Shown here: one piece after another, positions 46,550-55,082 of the stretch | Numbering within the stretch: the stretch's first letter is position 1 | Layout of the letters: the number at the start of each line of letters is the position of its first letter | Assembly: GCA_001773575.1 (NCBI GenBank) | Contig: MEXB01000004.1 | Location: forward strand, 10,217 to 74,216 | Length of the DNA: 64,000 nt | Reading direction: 5' to 3' | From: Candidatus Adlerbacteria bacterium RIFOXYC1_FULL_48_26 | GTDB taxonomy: Bacteria > Patescibacteriota > Minisyncoccia > Phycocordibacterales > SBAW01 | The notes under the pieces: model-generated | What the model was told of the DNA's origin: nothing | The model's database searches: none | What the model saw: only the letters and a program-made list of their open reading frames with translations | Position numbers and translations under genes: made by a program

Positions 46550-47275
46550 CTAGTGGAAGAGGGCGTGTTTGAAGAATCCAAAACCACGAGAGAAGATTCC
46601 AACTATGGTTGCGGCAATACTCGTGTCAGAGTTTGTATTGCCTGCAAGAACTACGTTCGAGCCAACTGCTATTGCTGCCGATGTCGTTGCCTCACCGTTT
46701 ACGCGATATACGGTTGAGCTGTCAGCTGTAACGGTAGTAGTTGCTTTTGTGCCGTATGGCTTGATGGTGAATGTTGAACCGTTAACCGATGTCACAACGC
46801 CTGCACCTACTGCGCCATTGGCTGCAAGTACTGCGCGGACACGGAGTGCTGAGTTAGAAACCTTTTCTGCGGTTATAACAGAGCCGTTAACTGTGCCCTT
46901 AACCGTTACAGTGTCGCCGACTTTCATCTGGCCGATGGTGGCATTTGTGTCACCTTCGCCCTTAATCTCTGCGTTAGCGGCATTAACTGTATAGGTTGTG
47001 TTGTTCTTTGCAGTTACCGTCAATGTAGAGCCATTGATTGCAGTAACAGTCGCGCTGATGCGGATGTCGCCGCTGGTAGGGGCTGCTGGTGGCTGTGGAG
47101 CTGTTCCACCGTGGAGCAAGAAGTTAATACTATTTTTCCAAGACAACTCTGTCTTTGCGTTGTCCCCAGACTTCCATGACTTGTCTCCGTCATTGTGTGC
47201 GCTCGCAAGCATAGGTGATGCTACGAGAAGCAACGCTGCTGCACTGCTTGCAAGAAAGTAATTTAATTTTTTCAT
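46550..47275 (-). CDS. Secreted protein with two internal beta-rich repeats of about 70 aa
   Basis: Signal peptide. Repeats ...TVTAINGSTLTVTAKNNTTYTVNAANAEI... and ...VVTSVNGSTFTIKPYGTKATTTVTADSSTVYRVNG... Confidence 0.6.
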   Translation of the reverse strand: MKKLNYFLASSAAALLLVASPMLASAHNDGDKSWKSGDNAKTELSWKNSINFLLHGGTAPQPPAAPTSGDIRISATVTAINGSTLTVTAKNNTTYTVNAANAEIKGEGDTNATIGQMKVGDTVTVKGTVNGSVITAEKVSNSALRVRAVLAANGAVGAGVVTSVNGSTFTIKPYGTKATTTVTADSSTVYRVNGEATTSAAIAVGSNVVLAGNTNSDTSIAATIVGIFSRGFGFFKHALFH

Positions 47276-47413
47276 GAGTTTTTATGTACGAGTAGTTTAT
47301 CTACTAATATCAGCCTTATTAGGCCGACCTATGTGAAGACGTACTACCTCATGAGCTATTTACACGAAATTCGAATTACGACACGAAACTATAAAAAAGA
47401 AAACGCCAGCTTT

Positions 47414-48190
47414 TCAGCTAGCGTTTGTGTTTCCAAAGGGATTTTTCCCCTTAGCTGTCGCTTTCTCTTCCGGCCAATGGGCGGAAAGGGGAAGCGGTTT
47501 TCCGTAATGTTCGCAGAGTTTCCTGAGCCCAACAAGCATCTGTCGCTCGACTTCGTCCGTGGGCCCGAATTCGAGAAGAGATTCCATCCGGTCCCGGGCA
47601 TGGTTGACACTGCTGTAGCCTCGGAAATTCAAGGCCTTCGCAACTGCTTCAATAGTGCAGTGTGCGTACCGTGTCATAAAGTAGGCTACCACTTGGCGAG
47701 GCCGGGAAATTTCTTGCGCACGGCTTTTGCTGAGAAGCTCGGAGGGCTTCATCTCAAAAATCGTCGCAGCCGTCTCCACGATCTCCTTGAGAGGCAGCCT
47801 CTTTAATATATCCACCTCCGCCACGGACGATGGAAGGGGGAAGCTTGTCCTGATGGCGGGGTGGCTCGTGCGTGGAGCGCTGTCTCGCAGCTGTAGATTT
47901 TTCTGCCGAGCCTCCGCCTCGGCCTTCTCCTTGGCTATCCGCTCAGCGCGAACGTTCGGGTTTTCGTGCCCGCCGCCAACATATGGCGGCATAACAGCCT
48001 GCGGCCGCAGAGACCGCAGAAGATCCAAACCCGTCACGCCCTTAGTGTCTTTCGACTTATCTTGCGGTGAGGACATGAGAAGTCTCCCAAGTTGTACCAA
48101 CTGACACCACAATACTGTCGCGCCCCAATTTTGCAATAGGGGATTTGTCTTGGAAAAAAATTCCAACATGCTATGGTGAACCACGGACAA
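47414..48190 (-). CDS. DnaA C-terminal-domain (HTH) containing protein
   Basis: C-terminal SRAQEISRPRQVVAYFMTRYAHCTIEAVAKALNFRGYSSVNHARDRM matches DnaA domain IV. High-GC region. The real start is probably an internal Met around 48076. Confidence 0.5.
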   Translation of the reverse strand: MSVVHHSMLEFFSKTNPLLQNWGATVLWCQLVQLGRLLMSSPQDKSKDTKGVTGLDLLRSLRPQAVMPPYVGGGHENPNVRAERIAKEKAEAEARQKNLQLRDSAPRTSHPAIRTSFPLPSSVAEVDILKRLPLKEIVETAATIFEMKPSELLSKSRAQEISRPRQVVAYFMTRYAHCTIEAVAKALNFRGYSSVNHARDRMESLLEFGPTDEVERQMLVGLRKLCEHYGKPLPLSAHWPEEKATAKGKNPFGNTNAS

Positions 48191-48204
48191 CGTTGAGGTG
48201 CAGA

Positions 48205-48492
48205 ATGCAGATACTAGCAGGAGACCGCTTCTTCGAGATTCTCATGGACCTCGCCCGTGAGCGGCAAGAGTCCGACATGCTCGAAGGTCTGGAAAAGGAG
48301 GGCTTTGAACATAAGCTCTTCCAGTCCAAACGCATGGACTCGCTCGGTTCCGTACAGTTTGTGATGGCGCTCGAAGATCGGCTCGAGAAGGAGCTTGGGC
48401 GAAGGATTGAGTTTTCCATGACGAACCTGTCCTATGAGCAGTCCGTTCTGGAACTTTACGCGGCAACCAACCAATTGCTGGGGCAGACATAA
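48205..48492 (+). CDS. Stand-alone acyl/peptidyl carrier protein-like
   Basis: KRMDSLGSVQFVMALEDRLEKELG resembles the phosphopantetheine-attachment DSL motif. RBS gaggtg before the ATG at 48205; the track ORF begins at 48145. Confidence 0.45.
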   Translation: MQILAGDRFFEILMDLARERQESDMLEGLEKEGFEHKLFQSKRMDSLGSVQFVMALEDRLEKELGRRIEFSMTNLSYEQSVLELYAATNQLLGQT

Positions 48493-48610
48493 AGAGGCTT
48501 AACCGCCTCTTTTCTTTTTCCCTAAAAATATGTGGATTTGTTTTCGCGGAATCCTCAGTTATAGTTTTGGAAGATAGCGTAGAGTACCGCAGCAACTCCC
48601 ACGGAGGGTA

Positions 48611-49015
48611 GTGATGCCGTTTGAAAATATGCCATCTCCGAATTTGCCGAACAAAGCATTTTTTCTCTTGAGAGAGGTCGTCCGAGGAGGAACAATCTGC
48701 TTCGATTCTTCCGACGAGACCTGCACCAAGAAGGAGGAGAGGACAGAAGGTCTGACGCGCACACGCAAGAAGGTGCTCGGGCTTACCGTTAACCGGACCG
48801 TATTCGGCCGCGAAGCCTTCAATGAACTGCTTGTGCGCGGAATCGTCACTGAAGAAGGCGACCTCGCCGACGGCATGCTCGAAGTCTATAAGGGCATCGC
48901 CAACGCTCCTTCGCCTGGAAGTAAGTGCCGTCTCGTCGACGTTTCAAGGTTCATTTACCTCGACACAGGCGTCTCTGAGGCATTCGCAGCAGCTCCGGCA
49001 CTTGCCGCCGACTAG
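48611..49015 (+). CDS. Hypothetical protein
   Basis: ORF with its own rho-independent terminator at 49036-49066. Confidence 0.45.
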   Translation: MMPFENMPSPNLPNKAFFLLREVVRGGTICFDSSDETCTKKEERTEGLTRTRKKVLGLTVNRTVFGREAFNELLVRGIVTEEGDLADGMLEVYKGIANAPSPGSKCRLVDVSRFIYLDTGVSEAFAAAPALAAD

Positions 49016-49035
49016 GCATCGGCAGGACACTACAC

Positions 49036-49066
49036 TAAACGCGGCCACAAGCCGCGTTTTTCTTTT
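49036..49066 (+). terminator. Rho-independent terminator
   Basis: aaacgcggc-cacaa-gccgcgtttttctttt. Confidence 0.7.
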
Positions 49067-49092
49067 CCCATTTATTTATGCGAACCTTACTG

Positions 49093-49177
49093 CGGAGGAG
49101 GTGAGATTCGAACTCACGGTACCTTGCGGCACTCCTGTTTTCAAGACAGGTGCGATAGACCACTCTGCCACTCCTCC
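49093..49177 (-). tRNA. tRNA-Ser (anticodon UGA)
   Basis: Acceptor GGAGGAG/CTCCTCC plus G73, anticodon loop CUUGAAA, long variable arm GTGCCGCAAGGTAC, T-loop GTTCGAATC. Confidence 0.8.
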
Positions 49178-49348
49178 AATGCAGAACACAATACACTTTT
49201 TCTGGTTATTGCGCTAGAAAAGGTTCCTGACACCATACCACTTGACGGATACAGTCCGTTTTGTGTGAAGTCTTAAAGATGTTGGTAAGTTGGCCTAAAA
49301 CTAGCTGCTTTTTTAAAGGCCCACTGCTATACTGACCTTAGCGATATT

Positions 49349-50368
49349 ATGGACAAAAAAACTTATCGAACATTGGACTTATTTGCAGGTATAGGAGGAG
49401 TAAGGATGGGTTTTGAACGTGCTGGGTTTGAGACAATCTTTGGAAATGATTTTGATGCATACTGCAAGGTAACCTACGATTTAAACTTTAAAGACACTCC
49501 ACTGGTGGTCGCTGATATAGCGAAAATTAAAAGCGCGGATCTCCCAGACTTCGACATATTGCTCGGTGGGTTTCCATGCCAACCATTTTCAGTTGCTGGG
49601 TATAGAAGAGGTTTCCTAGATACAGGACGAGGGGATCTGTTTTTTGAAATCATAAGAATTTTACGCGACAAGAAACCACGCGCTGTCTTCTTGGAAAATG
49701 TAAAGAATTTGAGTTCGCATGATAAAGGAAGGACCTTCAATATCATTTCCGAGGCATTAGAGGATCTTGGTTATCATGTAACAACAAAAGTTCTTAACAG
49801 CATGAAGTATGGAAATGTTCCTCAGAATAGGGAGCGTGTATATATTGTCGGATTCAAGTCGAAGAAAGCGCTAGAAGCTTTTGAATTTCCAAAACCTGTT
49901 GAATTAACGAAAACTGTTAACGCTCTACTCGAGAAAGAAGTTGAAGAGAAATACTACTACAACAAATCCCCACTCTATAAAGTACTAAAGGAGTCAATGA
50001 CATCTAAGGAGGTTGTCTACCAGTGGCGTAGGAAATATGTTCGTGCAAACAAGAGCGGGGTGTGCCCAACCTTGACTGCAAACATGGGAATGGGTGGACA
50101 TAACGTCCCACTGATCAAAGATCATAAGGGTATTCGAAAACTAACTCCAAGAGAATGTGCAAGAATTCAAGGATTTCCTGAGAATTACAAGCTTCCTAAG
50201 AATCTTCCCGATACCAAGCTTTACAAACAGTTTGGAAACTCGGTTACCGTCACTGTTATCGAGCGCGTTGCCAAACAGATAAAGAAAGCGCTAGACTCAG
50301 GGAACAACGATGTTGTTTCTAGAGCACCAGCCAAAAGAGCAGGTAGAGTGCTACAACCGACTGCTTAA
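49349..50368 (+). CDS. DNA (cytosine-5)-methyltransferase, HaeIII/NgoPII-like
   Basis: m5C motifs I (LDLFAGIGG), IV (GFPCQPFS), VI (ENVKNL), VIII (QNRERVYIVG) and X (GNSV). The C-terminus RKLTPRECARIQGFPENY...GNSV closely resembles M.HaeIII. Low GC, about 37-40% by eye. Confidence 0.9.
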   Translation: MDKKTYRTLDLFAGIGGVRMGFERAGFETIFGNDFDAYCKVTYDLNFKDTPLVVADIAKIKSADLPDFDILLGGFPCQPFSVAGYRRGFLDTGRGDLFFEIIRILRDKKPRAVFLENVKNLSSHDKGRTFNIISEALEDLGYHVTTKVLNSMKYGNVPQNRERVYIVGFKSKKALEAFEFPKPVELTKTVNALLEKEVEEKYYYNKSPLYKVLKESMTSKEVVYQWRRKYVRANKSGVCPTLTANMGMGGHNVPLIKDHKGIRKLTPRECARIQGFPENYKLPKNLPDTKLYKQFGNSVTVTVIERVAKQIKKALDSGNNDVVSRAPAKRAGRVLQPTA

Positions 50369-51491
50369 GGCTGTCGGGTCTTTGTCCAAGCTATTTTCTG
50401 AGGCGCCAGAACCATATTTGGCTTATAGGGCGGCTGAAAATTTATTTTGTAAGGCTTTTATAGCCGAGAATCTTTCTCGTTCTGATGCCTCAGCTGACGC
50501 CTCCAAAGACAGGGTGGGGATTGGTCTCAAGACCTTTCTTAATGGGAATGGTCGTAGTCTGCAAAAAGTGGCAGAATTTAACAACGATTTAAATCTTTTT
50601 AGATCACTCGGACCTGAAGACATGGTCAGGAAAGTGGCCGAGTTGCGAAATGAACGCTTGGAGACAACGAAACGCATCTACAATCTTGATAAAATAATAT
50701 ATCACTGTGTCACTCGTACAGTTGGGAAGATGCTCGTGTACGAGACTCCGGCACATCCGATAGATATCGAGACTATAAAAAACGTAGAGGTTTCGCCTAG
50801 AGGAAATACCATCACATTTTCAGACTCTCTCGAGGAATATTCCTTCAGTATTTCCAAGAGCACGCTTTCTAAGCGTTTTGTGACTCCAGAAAAGGTGCTT
50901 CTTGAGCTTCCGGTGAGGATTGTTTCAGATCCTTTCGAAGAAGTGGAAAAGTTGATCACGGAAGCTGGGCCTATTTTCGCACCAATAAAAGTTCAGCCTC
51001 ATGTTTTCCTCCCTCTCTATTCTATGAGAGGAGAGAAGCGTGTTCCGGAAAGTAGTGGCTTGAACCAATGGAATGCTCGTGGACGGAAGAGAAATCCTGA
51101 TGAGGTATATATTCCAATCCCTGCCTGGGTCCACAAAAAATTTTCAAAGTTCTTTCCTGCGACCAACGATGAGGTATTTAATCTGACCTTACCAGATAGA
51201 ACTGTGTTGAGCGCTAGTATGTGCCAAGAAAACAGGAAGGCTTTGATGAGTAACCCCAACACCGTCCTTGGAAAATGGATTTTGCGCGATGTTATGAATC
51301 TCGGAGAAGGGGAGCTCGCTACCTACGAAAAATTGCAAACGATGGGCGTAGACAGTGTGGTCGTTTATAAAGTGGATAGTGAAAATTACGATATAGATTT
51401 TGCTCCCGTAGGTTCTTACGAGAAATTTCTAGAGGAAAACAATAAACCTACTGAAGGGGCGGAAGATTATCTGGACGAAGAGGGGGAATAA
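50310..51491 (+). CDS. Putative type II restriction endonuclease (partner of the m5C methyltransferase)
   Basis: Overlaps the methyltransferase 3' end by 59 nt and shares its low GC. No motif recognised; call is by operon context only. Confidence 0.45.
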   Translation: MLFLEHQPKEQVECYNRLLKAVGSLSKLFSEAPEPYLAYRAAENLFCKAFIAENLSRSDASADASKDRVGIGLKTFLNGNGRSLQKVAEFNNDLNLFRSLGPEDMVRKVAELRNERLETTKRIYNLDKIIYHCVTRTVGKMLVYETPAHPIDIETIKNVEVSPRGNTITFSDSLEEYSFSISKSTLSKRFVTPEKVLLELPVRIVSDPFEEVEKLITEAGPIFAPIKVQPHVFLPLYSMRGEKRVPESSGLNQWNARGRKRNPDEVYIPIPAWVHKKFSKFFPATNDEVFNLTLPDRTVLSASMCQENRKALMSNPNTVLGKWILRDVMNLGEGELATYEKLQTMGVDSVVVYKVDSENYDIDFAPVGSYEKFLEENNKPTEGAEDYLDEEGE

Positions 51492-51539
51492 GAAAGTTTG
51501 TACATACTGAGCTTTGCGCTATGCTCAAGGCAACCCACT

Positions 51540-53030
51540 ATGGTTATCTCCAAGACGGTCTTCCAACACTACCTTCAGTGTCCAAAGAATACTTGGCTGA
51601 AAATACATAAGCCCGAATTGAAAGAGGAGTTTGTGTTCTCGGAGTTCGACCTGCATCTCATGGAGCAGGGGAATGAAGTAGAGTCGTATGCGCGGTATTT
51701 ATTTCCCAAAGGGATAGAAGTTTCAAGTGTGGGTGAACATGCAGTCGAAGACACTCTTCGTCTTATGGCTGAGCGCACGCCTGTGCTTTTCCAAGCAACG
51801 TTTATAGCTGAAGATTTTATTGTTCGTAACGACATGTTGAAATGGAACCCAGAAACTAGCCTCTGGGATCTCTACGAAGTTAAGGGAACGAACTCCCTAA
51901 AGCTTGATCAGAAGGAACGTGATCACGTCACAGATGTTGCCTTCCAGGTTTCGGTGATGCGTCGTGCTCATGTGCCACTAGGGAAGTGCTATCTGGTTCA
52001 TTTAAATAAAGAATATATACGCGCTGGAGAGTTAGATACAGAAGCATTGTTTACAGTAGATGATGTGACTGATGCTGTTGAAGGGCGTATACCTGAAATA
52101 GAGCCAAAAATGGCAGCCGCAATGGAGTATTTAAATCGTGAATCAGAACCATCTGGTGGATGCGACTGTGTATATGCAACGCGCCGTAATCACTGCTCCA
52201 CTTTTCAGTATTCCAACGCGCACATACCTGAATATTCAGTTCACGATATTTCGCGGATTCATAAAACTAAACTCGAGAATCTGGTTGAACAGAAGATCTA
52301 TGCGATTGATGATGTCGACCCAGAATTTCACAAGCTCTCTGAAAAACAGACAAGCCAAGTACGTGCACATCAGCTGCAAAAATCAGTTATCGATACTAAC
52401 GCTATAAAAAATGAACTAAGCGAGTTGAAATTTCCACTGTATTTCTTCGACTATGAGGCATATGCGCCAGCGATACCTGCATTCAATGGGTATGGTCCAT
52501 ATAAGTTCATTCCATTTCAGTTTTCTATACATATTCTGCGTGAACCTGATGGAAAGCTTGAGCATGTAGAGTTTTTACATACAGAATTTTCAGACCCATC
52601 TGAAGCTGTTGCTCAAAAGTTACAAGAGGTATATTCCGGCGGGTCGGTAATTGTTTGGCATGAGACATTTGAAAAGACGTTTATAAATGAAAATATTGCA
52701 AAACGCTTACCTCATCACGCAGGTTTTTTTAAGGAATTTAACAGCGCAATGTTTGATCTTGAGAAGATCTTTTTAGCTCAGCACTACATTCACCATGGTT
52801 TTAGAGGCCGTACTTCTATAAAGAAAGTTTTGCCAGTAATAGCTCCTGAATTCTCATACGCAGATCTTAATATTCATGAAGGTGGCCAAGCATCAAATGA
52901 ATGGTGGAGGATGGTTGGTCCTACAAGTCTCCCAGAAGAGAGAAAAGAAATTGCTAAAAATTTGAAAGAATACTGCGGCTTAGATACTGAAGCCATGTAC
53001 GTTATCTGGAAACATTTGATGGAACTTTAA
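51540..53030 (+). CDS. DUF2779-family protein: N-terminal PD-(D/E)xK (Cas4/RecB-like, Cys cluster) nuclease plus C-terminal DEDD-like exonuclease domain
   Basis: N-terminal signature ISKTVFQHYLQCPKNTWL. D..YEVK motif, Cys cluster GGCDCVYATRRNHC, and C-terminal FFDYEAY ... CGLDTEAMYVIW. Start at the internal ATG; the track ORF begins at 51498. Confidence 0.55.
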   Translation: MVISKTVFQHYLQCPKNTWLKIHKPELKEEFVFSEFDLHLMEQGNEVESYARYLFPKGIEVSSVGEHAVEDTLRLMAERTPVLFQATFIAEDFIVRNDMLKWNPETSLWDLYEVKGTNSLKLDQKERDHVTDVAFQVSVMRRAHVPLGKCYLVHLNKEYIRAGELDTEALFTVDDVTDAVEGRIPEIEPKMAAAMEYLNRESEPSGGCDCVYATRRNHCSTFQYSNAHIPEYSVHDISRIHKTKLENLVEQKIYAIDDVDPEFHKLSEKQTSQVRAHQLQKSVIDTNAIKNELSELKFPLYFFDYEAYAPAIPAFNGYGPYKFIPFQFSIHILREPDGKLEHVEFLHTEFSDPSEAVAQKLQEVYSGGSVIVWHETFEKTFINENIAKRLPHHAGFFKEFNSAMFDLEKIFLAQHYIHHGFRGRTSIKKVLPVIAPEFSYADLNIHEGGQASNEWWRMVGPTSLPEERKEIAKNLKEYCGLDTEAMYVIWKHLMEL

Positions 53031-53068
53031 AAGTTTTCCTTCCTATCTAAATACGCTATATTCAACCT

Positions 53069-53509
53069 ATGAAGTATTTGGGTATTGATTATGGAACCAG
53101 GCGCATAGGGGTGGCGGTGTCGGATGAGTCGGCGACGCTTGCTTTTCCTTTGGGGGTGGTTGGAAATAGCCCCTCGACTGCGCTCGGGGCACTTAAAGAG
53201 GTCTGTGATATCGCGAAGGAGAATGCGGTGGTGCAGGTGGTGATGGGGGAGTCGAAGGATTATAGCGGCGTGGCGAACCCTGTTATGAAAGAAGTTGAGA
53301 AATTTAAAGCAGCACTTGAAGCAGAAGGGTTAGATGTGGTGTACGAGCCAGAATATATGAGCAGTATGGCTGCGGCCCGCCAGTTTGCTCCGGAGGAAAA
53401 GTCTCGCAAGGCGAACCCAAACCAGGAACTGTTGGACGCATCGGCTGCAGCACTTATCCTCCAAAACTTTTTGGATCGAAACAGAAAACGCGAATTTGAA
53501 GTAGAGTAG
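53069..53509 (+). CDS. ruvX: Holliday junction resolvase-like RuvX/YqgF
   Basis: MKYLGIDYGTRRIGVAVSD.. RNase H-like fold. Confidence 0.85.
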   Translation: MKYLGIDYGTRRIGVAVSDESATLAFPLGVVGNSPSTALGALKEVCDIAKENAVVQVVMGESKDYSGVANPVMKEVEKFKAALEAEGLDVVYEPEYMSSMAAARQFAPEEKSRKANPNQELLDASAAALILQNFLDRNRKREFEVE

Positions 53510-53546
53510 AAGTACCAAAAGAACTAAAAGTATTTAAAGAAAATGT

Positions 53547-53879
53547 ATGCCAGAAATTTCAATTGATGATTTTAAGAAAGTAGAAATCCGCGTCGGCGAG
53601 ATTTTGAGTGTCGAGAGAGTTGAAGGAAGCGACAAGCTTTTGAAGTTGAAAGTGAACTTTGGTGCTGAGCTTGGCGAACGCCAAGTGCTTTCAGGCATCG
53701 CCGCATATTTCCCAGACGAACAAGTGTTGGTAGGGAAGCGATATCCTTTTGTTACAAACTTGGCCCCACGCAAAATGATGGGCATGGAAAGCCAAGCCAT
53801 GATTATGGCAACAGGCGGCGGTGATGAACCCCTCCATCTTTTTCCAAGCGACGCGACTCCAGGTTCAATAATTCGTTAG
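53547..53879 (+). CDS. csaA: tRNA-binding protein (CsaA/Trbp111, EMAP-like OB fold)
   Basis: DFKKVEIRVGEILSVERVEGSDKLLKLKVNFG signature. Confidence 0.8.
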   Translation: MPEISIDDFKKVEIRVGEILSVERVEGSDKLLKLKVNFGAELGERQVLSGIAAYFPDEQVLVGKRYPFVTNLAPRKMMGMESQAMIMATGGGDEPLHLFPSDATPGSIIR

Positions 53880-54475
53880 TTCTGCTTCGACTTACGCCAC
53901 TCCCAGATAACTGGAAGGAACGAAACGATGATGACTACTGCGACGATCGGAACAATATAAAGTTCGAGGTTGGGAATCATGCGGCCCAGGAAGTAGCCCG
54001 CAAGGAGGAATATGTCGGCCCAGAGAAAGCCGCCTACGATGTTGTAGATGAGGAACTTTGAATATTTCATTTCGCCCACGCCGGCGATGATTGGTATAAA
54101 TGTGCGCACTATTGGTATAAAGCGTGCGATGACGATAGCTCGTGCGCCGTGTTTTTCATAAAAGTCTCGCGAGCGTTGAATGTGTTTTTTGTTGAACCAG
54201 AAAGAATCTTCTTTCGTAAACAAGCGTGGGCCAATATAGCGGCCAAAAGAATACCCAACACTGTCGCCGATGATTGCGCCGATAGGTACGATAAGAAGCA
54301 ATATCCATATAGAAAGTGTGCCCTGTGTCGCAAGCAAACCTGCAGTTAAGAGCAGAGAGTCGCCCGGCAAAAAGAATCCAACAAATATGCCCGACTCAGC
54401 GAGCACTATAAGAAAGATCCCCACGTAACCGAGGGTTTGAATTATTGCGAGTGGGTCAATGTGTAAGAAACTCAT
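53876..54475 (-). CDS. dedA: DedA-family membrane protein
   Basis: FLPGDSLLLTAGLLA motif and multi-TM topology. Confidence 0.85.
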   Translation of the reverse strand: MSFLHIDPLAIIQTLGYVGIFLIVLAESGIFVGFFLPGDSLLLTAGLLATQGTLSIWILLLIVPIGAIIGDSVGYSFGRYIGPRLFTKEDSFWFNKKHIQRSRDFYEKHGARAIVIARFIPIVRTFIPIIAGVGEMKYSKFLIYNIVGGFLWADIFLLAGYFLGRMIPNLELYIVPIVAVVIIVSFLPVIWEWRKSKQN

Positions 54476-54963
54476 GATGTGTGGCGCTTATGTAATTGAT
54501 ATTTGTATTCATGCCATGTGAGATAGATGAAGGCGATATCAAATATAGTTACACACAGAAGGATAAGTGAGTGGGTGTGGAAAAGTCGGTAACTTTGGTA
54601 TACGAGAAAGAGGGAAGTGATGCCTATTGAAACTGGGTAGGCCCACAGACGGTTTCTATATAAGTTATATGAAAGAAACATGTTTAGAAGTCCGTGGAAG
54701 AGTAGGTATAACCCAACAAAGTTTTTTGTGCTGAGAGAGAGCTGGTTGAGATGGTTGGAAATATATTGAAAGATAAACTCATCTCGGCCCCCAAGAAATT
54801 CTTCTTTGGTAAAAAAGACAAACCAGCCACGCAACGTAGGGTGCACACTAGAAAGCAGGTATAAACCCACAGATGTCTCCCACAAGCTGTTTACAGCTTT
54901 AAGAAACACTCCTGCCTCAAAGAGCTCGTGCCAAAAACGTTGAGTAAATAGGCGGTGTACCAT
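54472..54963 (-). CDS. Hypothetical polytopic membrane protein
   Basis: Overlaps dedA by 4 nt. Four hydrophobic helices. Confidence 0.5.
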   Translation of the reverse strand: MVHRLFTQRFWHELFEAGVFLKAVNSLWETSVGLYLLSSVHPTLRGWFVFFTKEEFLGGRDEFIFQYISNHLNQLSLSTKNFVGLYLLFHGLLNMFLSYNLYRNRLWAYPVSIGITSLFLVYQSYRLFHTHSLILLCVTIFDIAFIYLTWHEYKYQLHKRHTS

Positions 54964-54993
54964 CTGTGCTCTGTAGTATAGACTACTCGTATC

Positions 54994-55065
54994 GCCCCTG
55001 TAGTTAAACGGATATAACTGCGGACTTCTAAGCCGCTATTCGAGGTTCGATTCCTCGCGGGGGCA
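54994..55065 (+). tRNA. tRNA-Arg (anticodon UCU)
   Basis: Acceptor GCCCCTG/CGGGGGC, anticodon loop CUUCUAA, T-arm CGAGGTTCGATTCCTCG. There is an A31-G39 mismatch in the anticodon stem. Confidence 0.7.
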
Positions 55066-55082
55066 CAACAAATTTAGATGCT

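Noticed and set aside
47333-47806. 157-aa plus-strand ORF overlapping the DnaA-C-domain gene
   Set aside because: The opposite-strand ORF carries a convincing DnaA domain-IV HTH. This one has no features and is probably a shadow ORF in GC-rich DNA.
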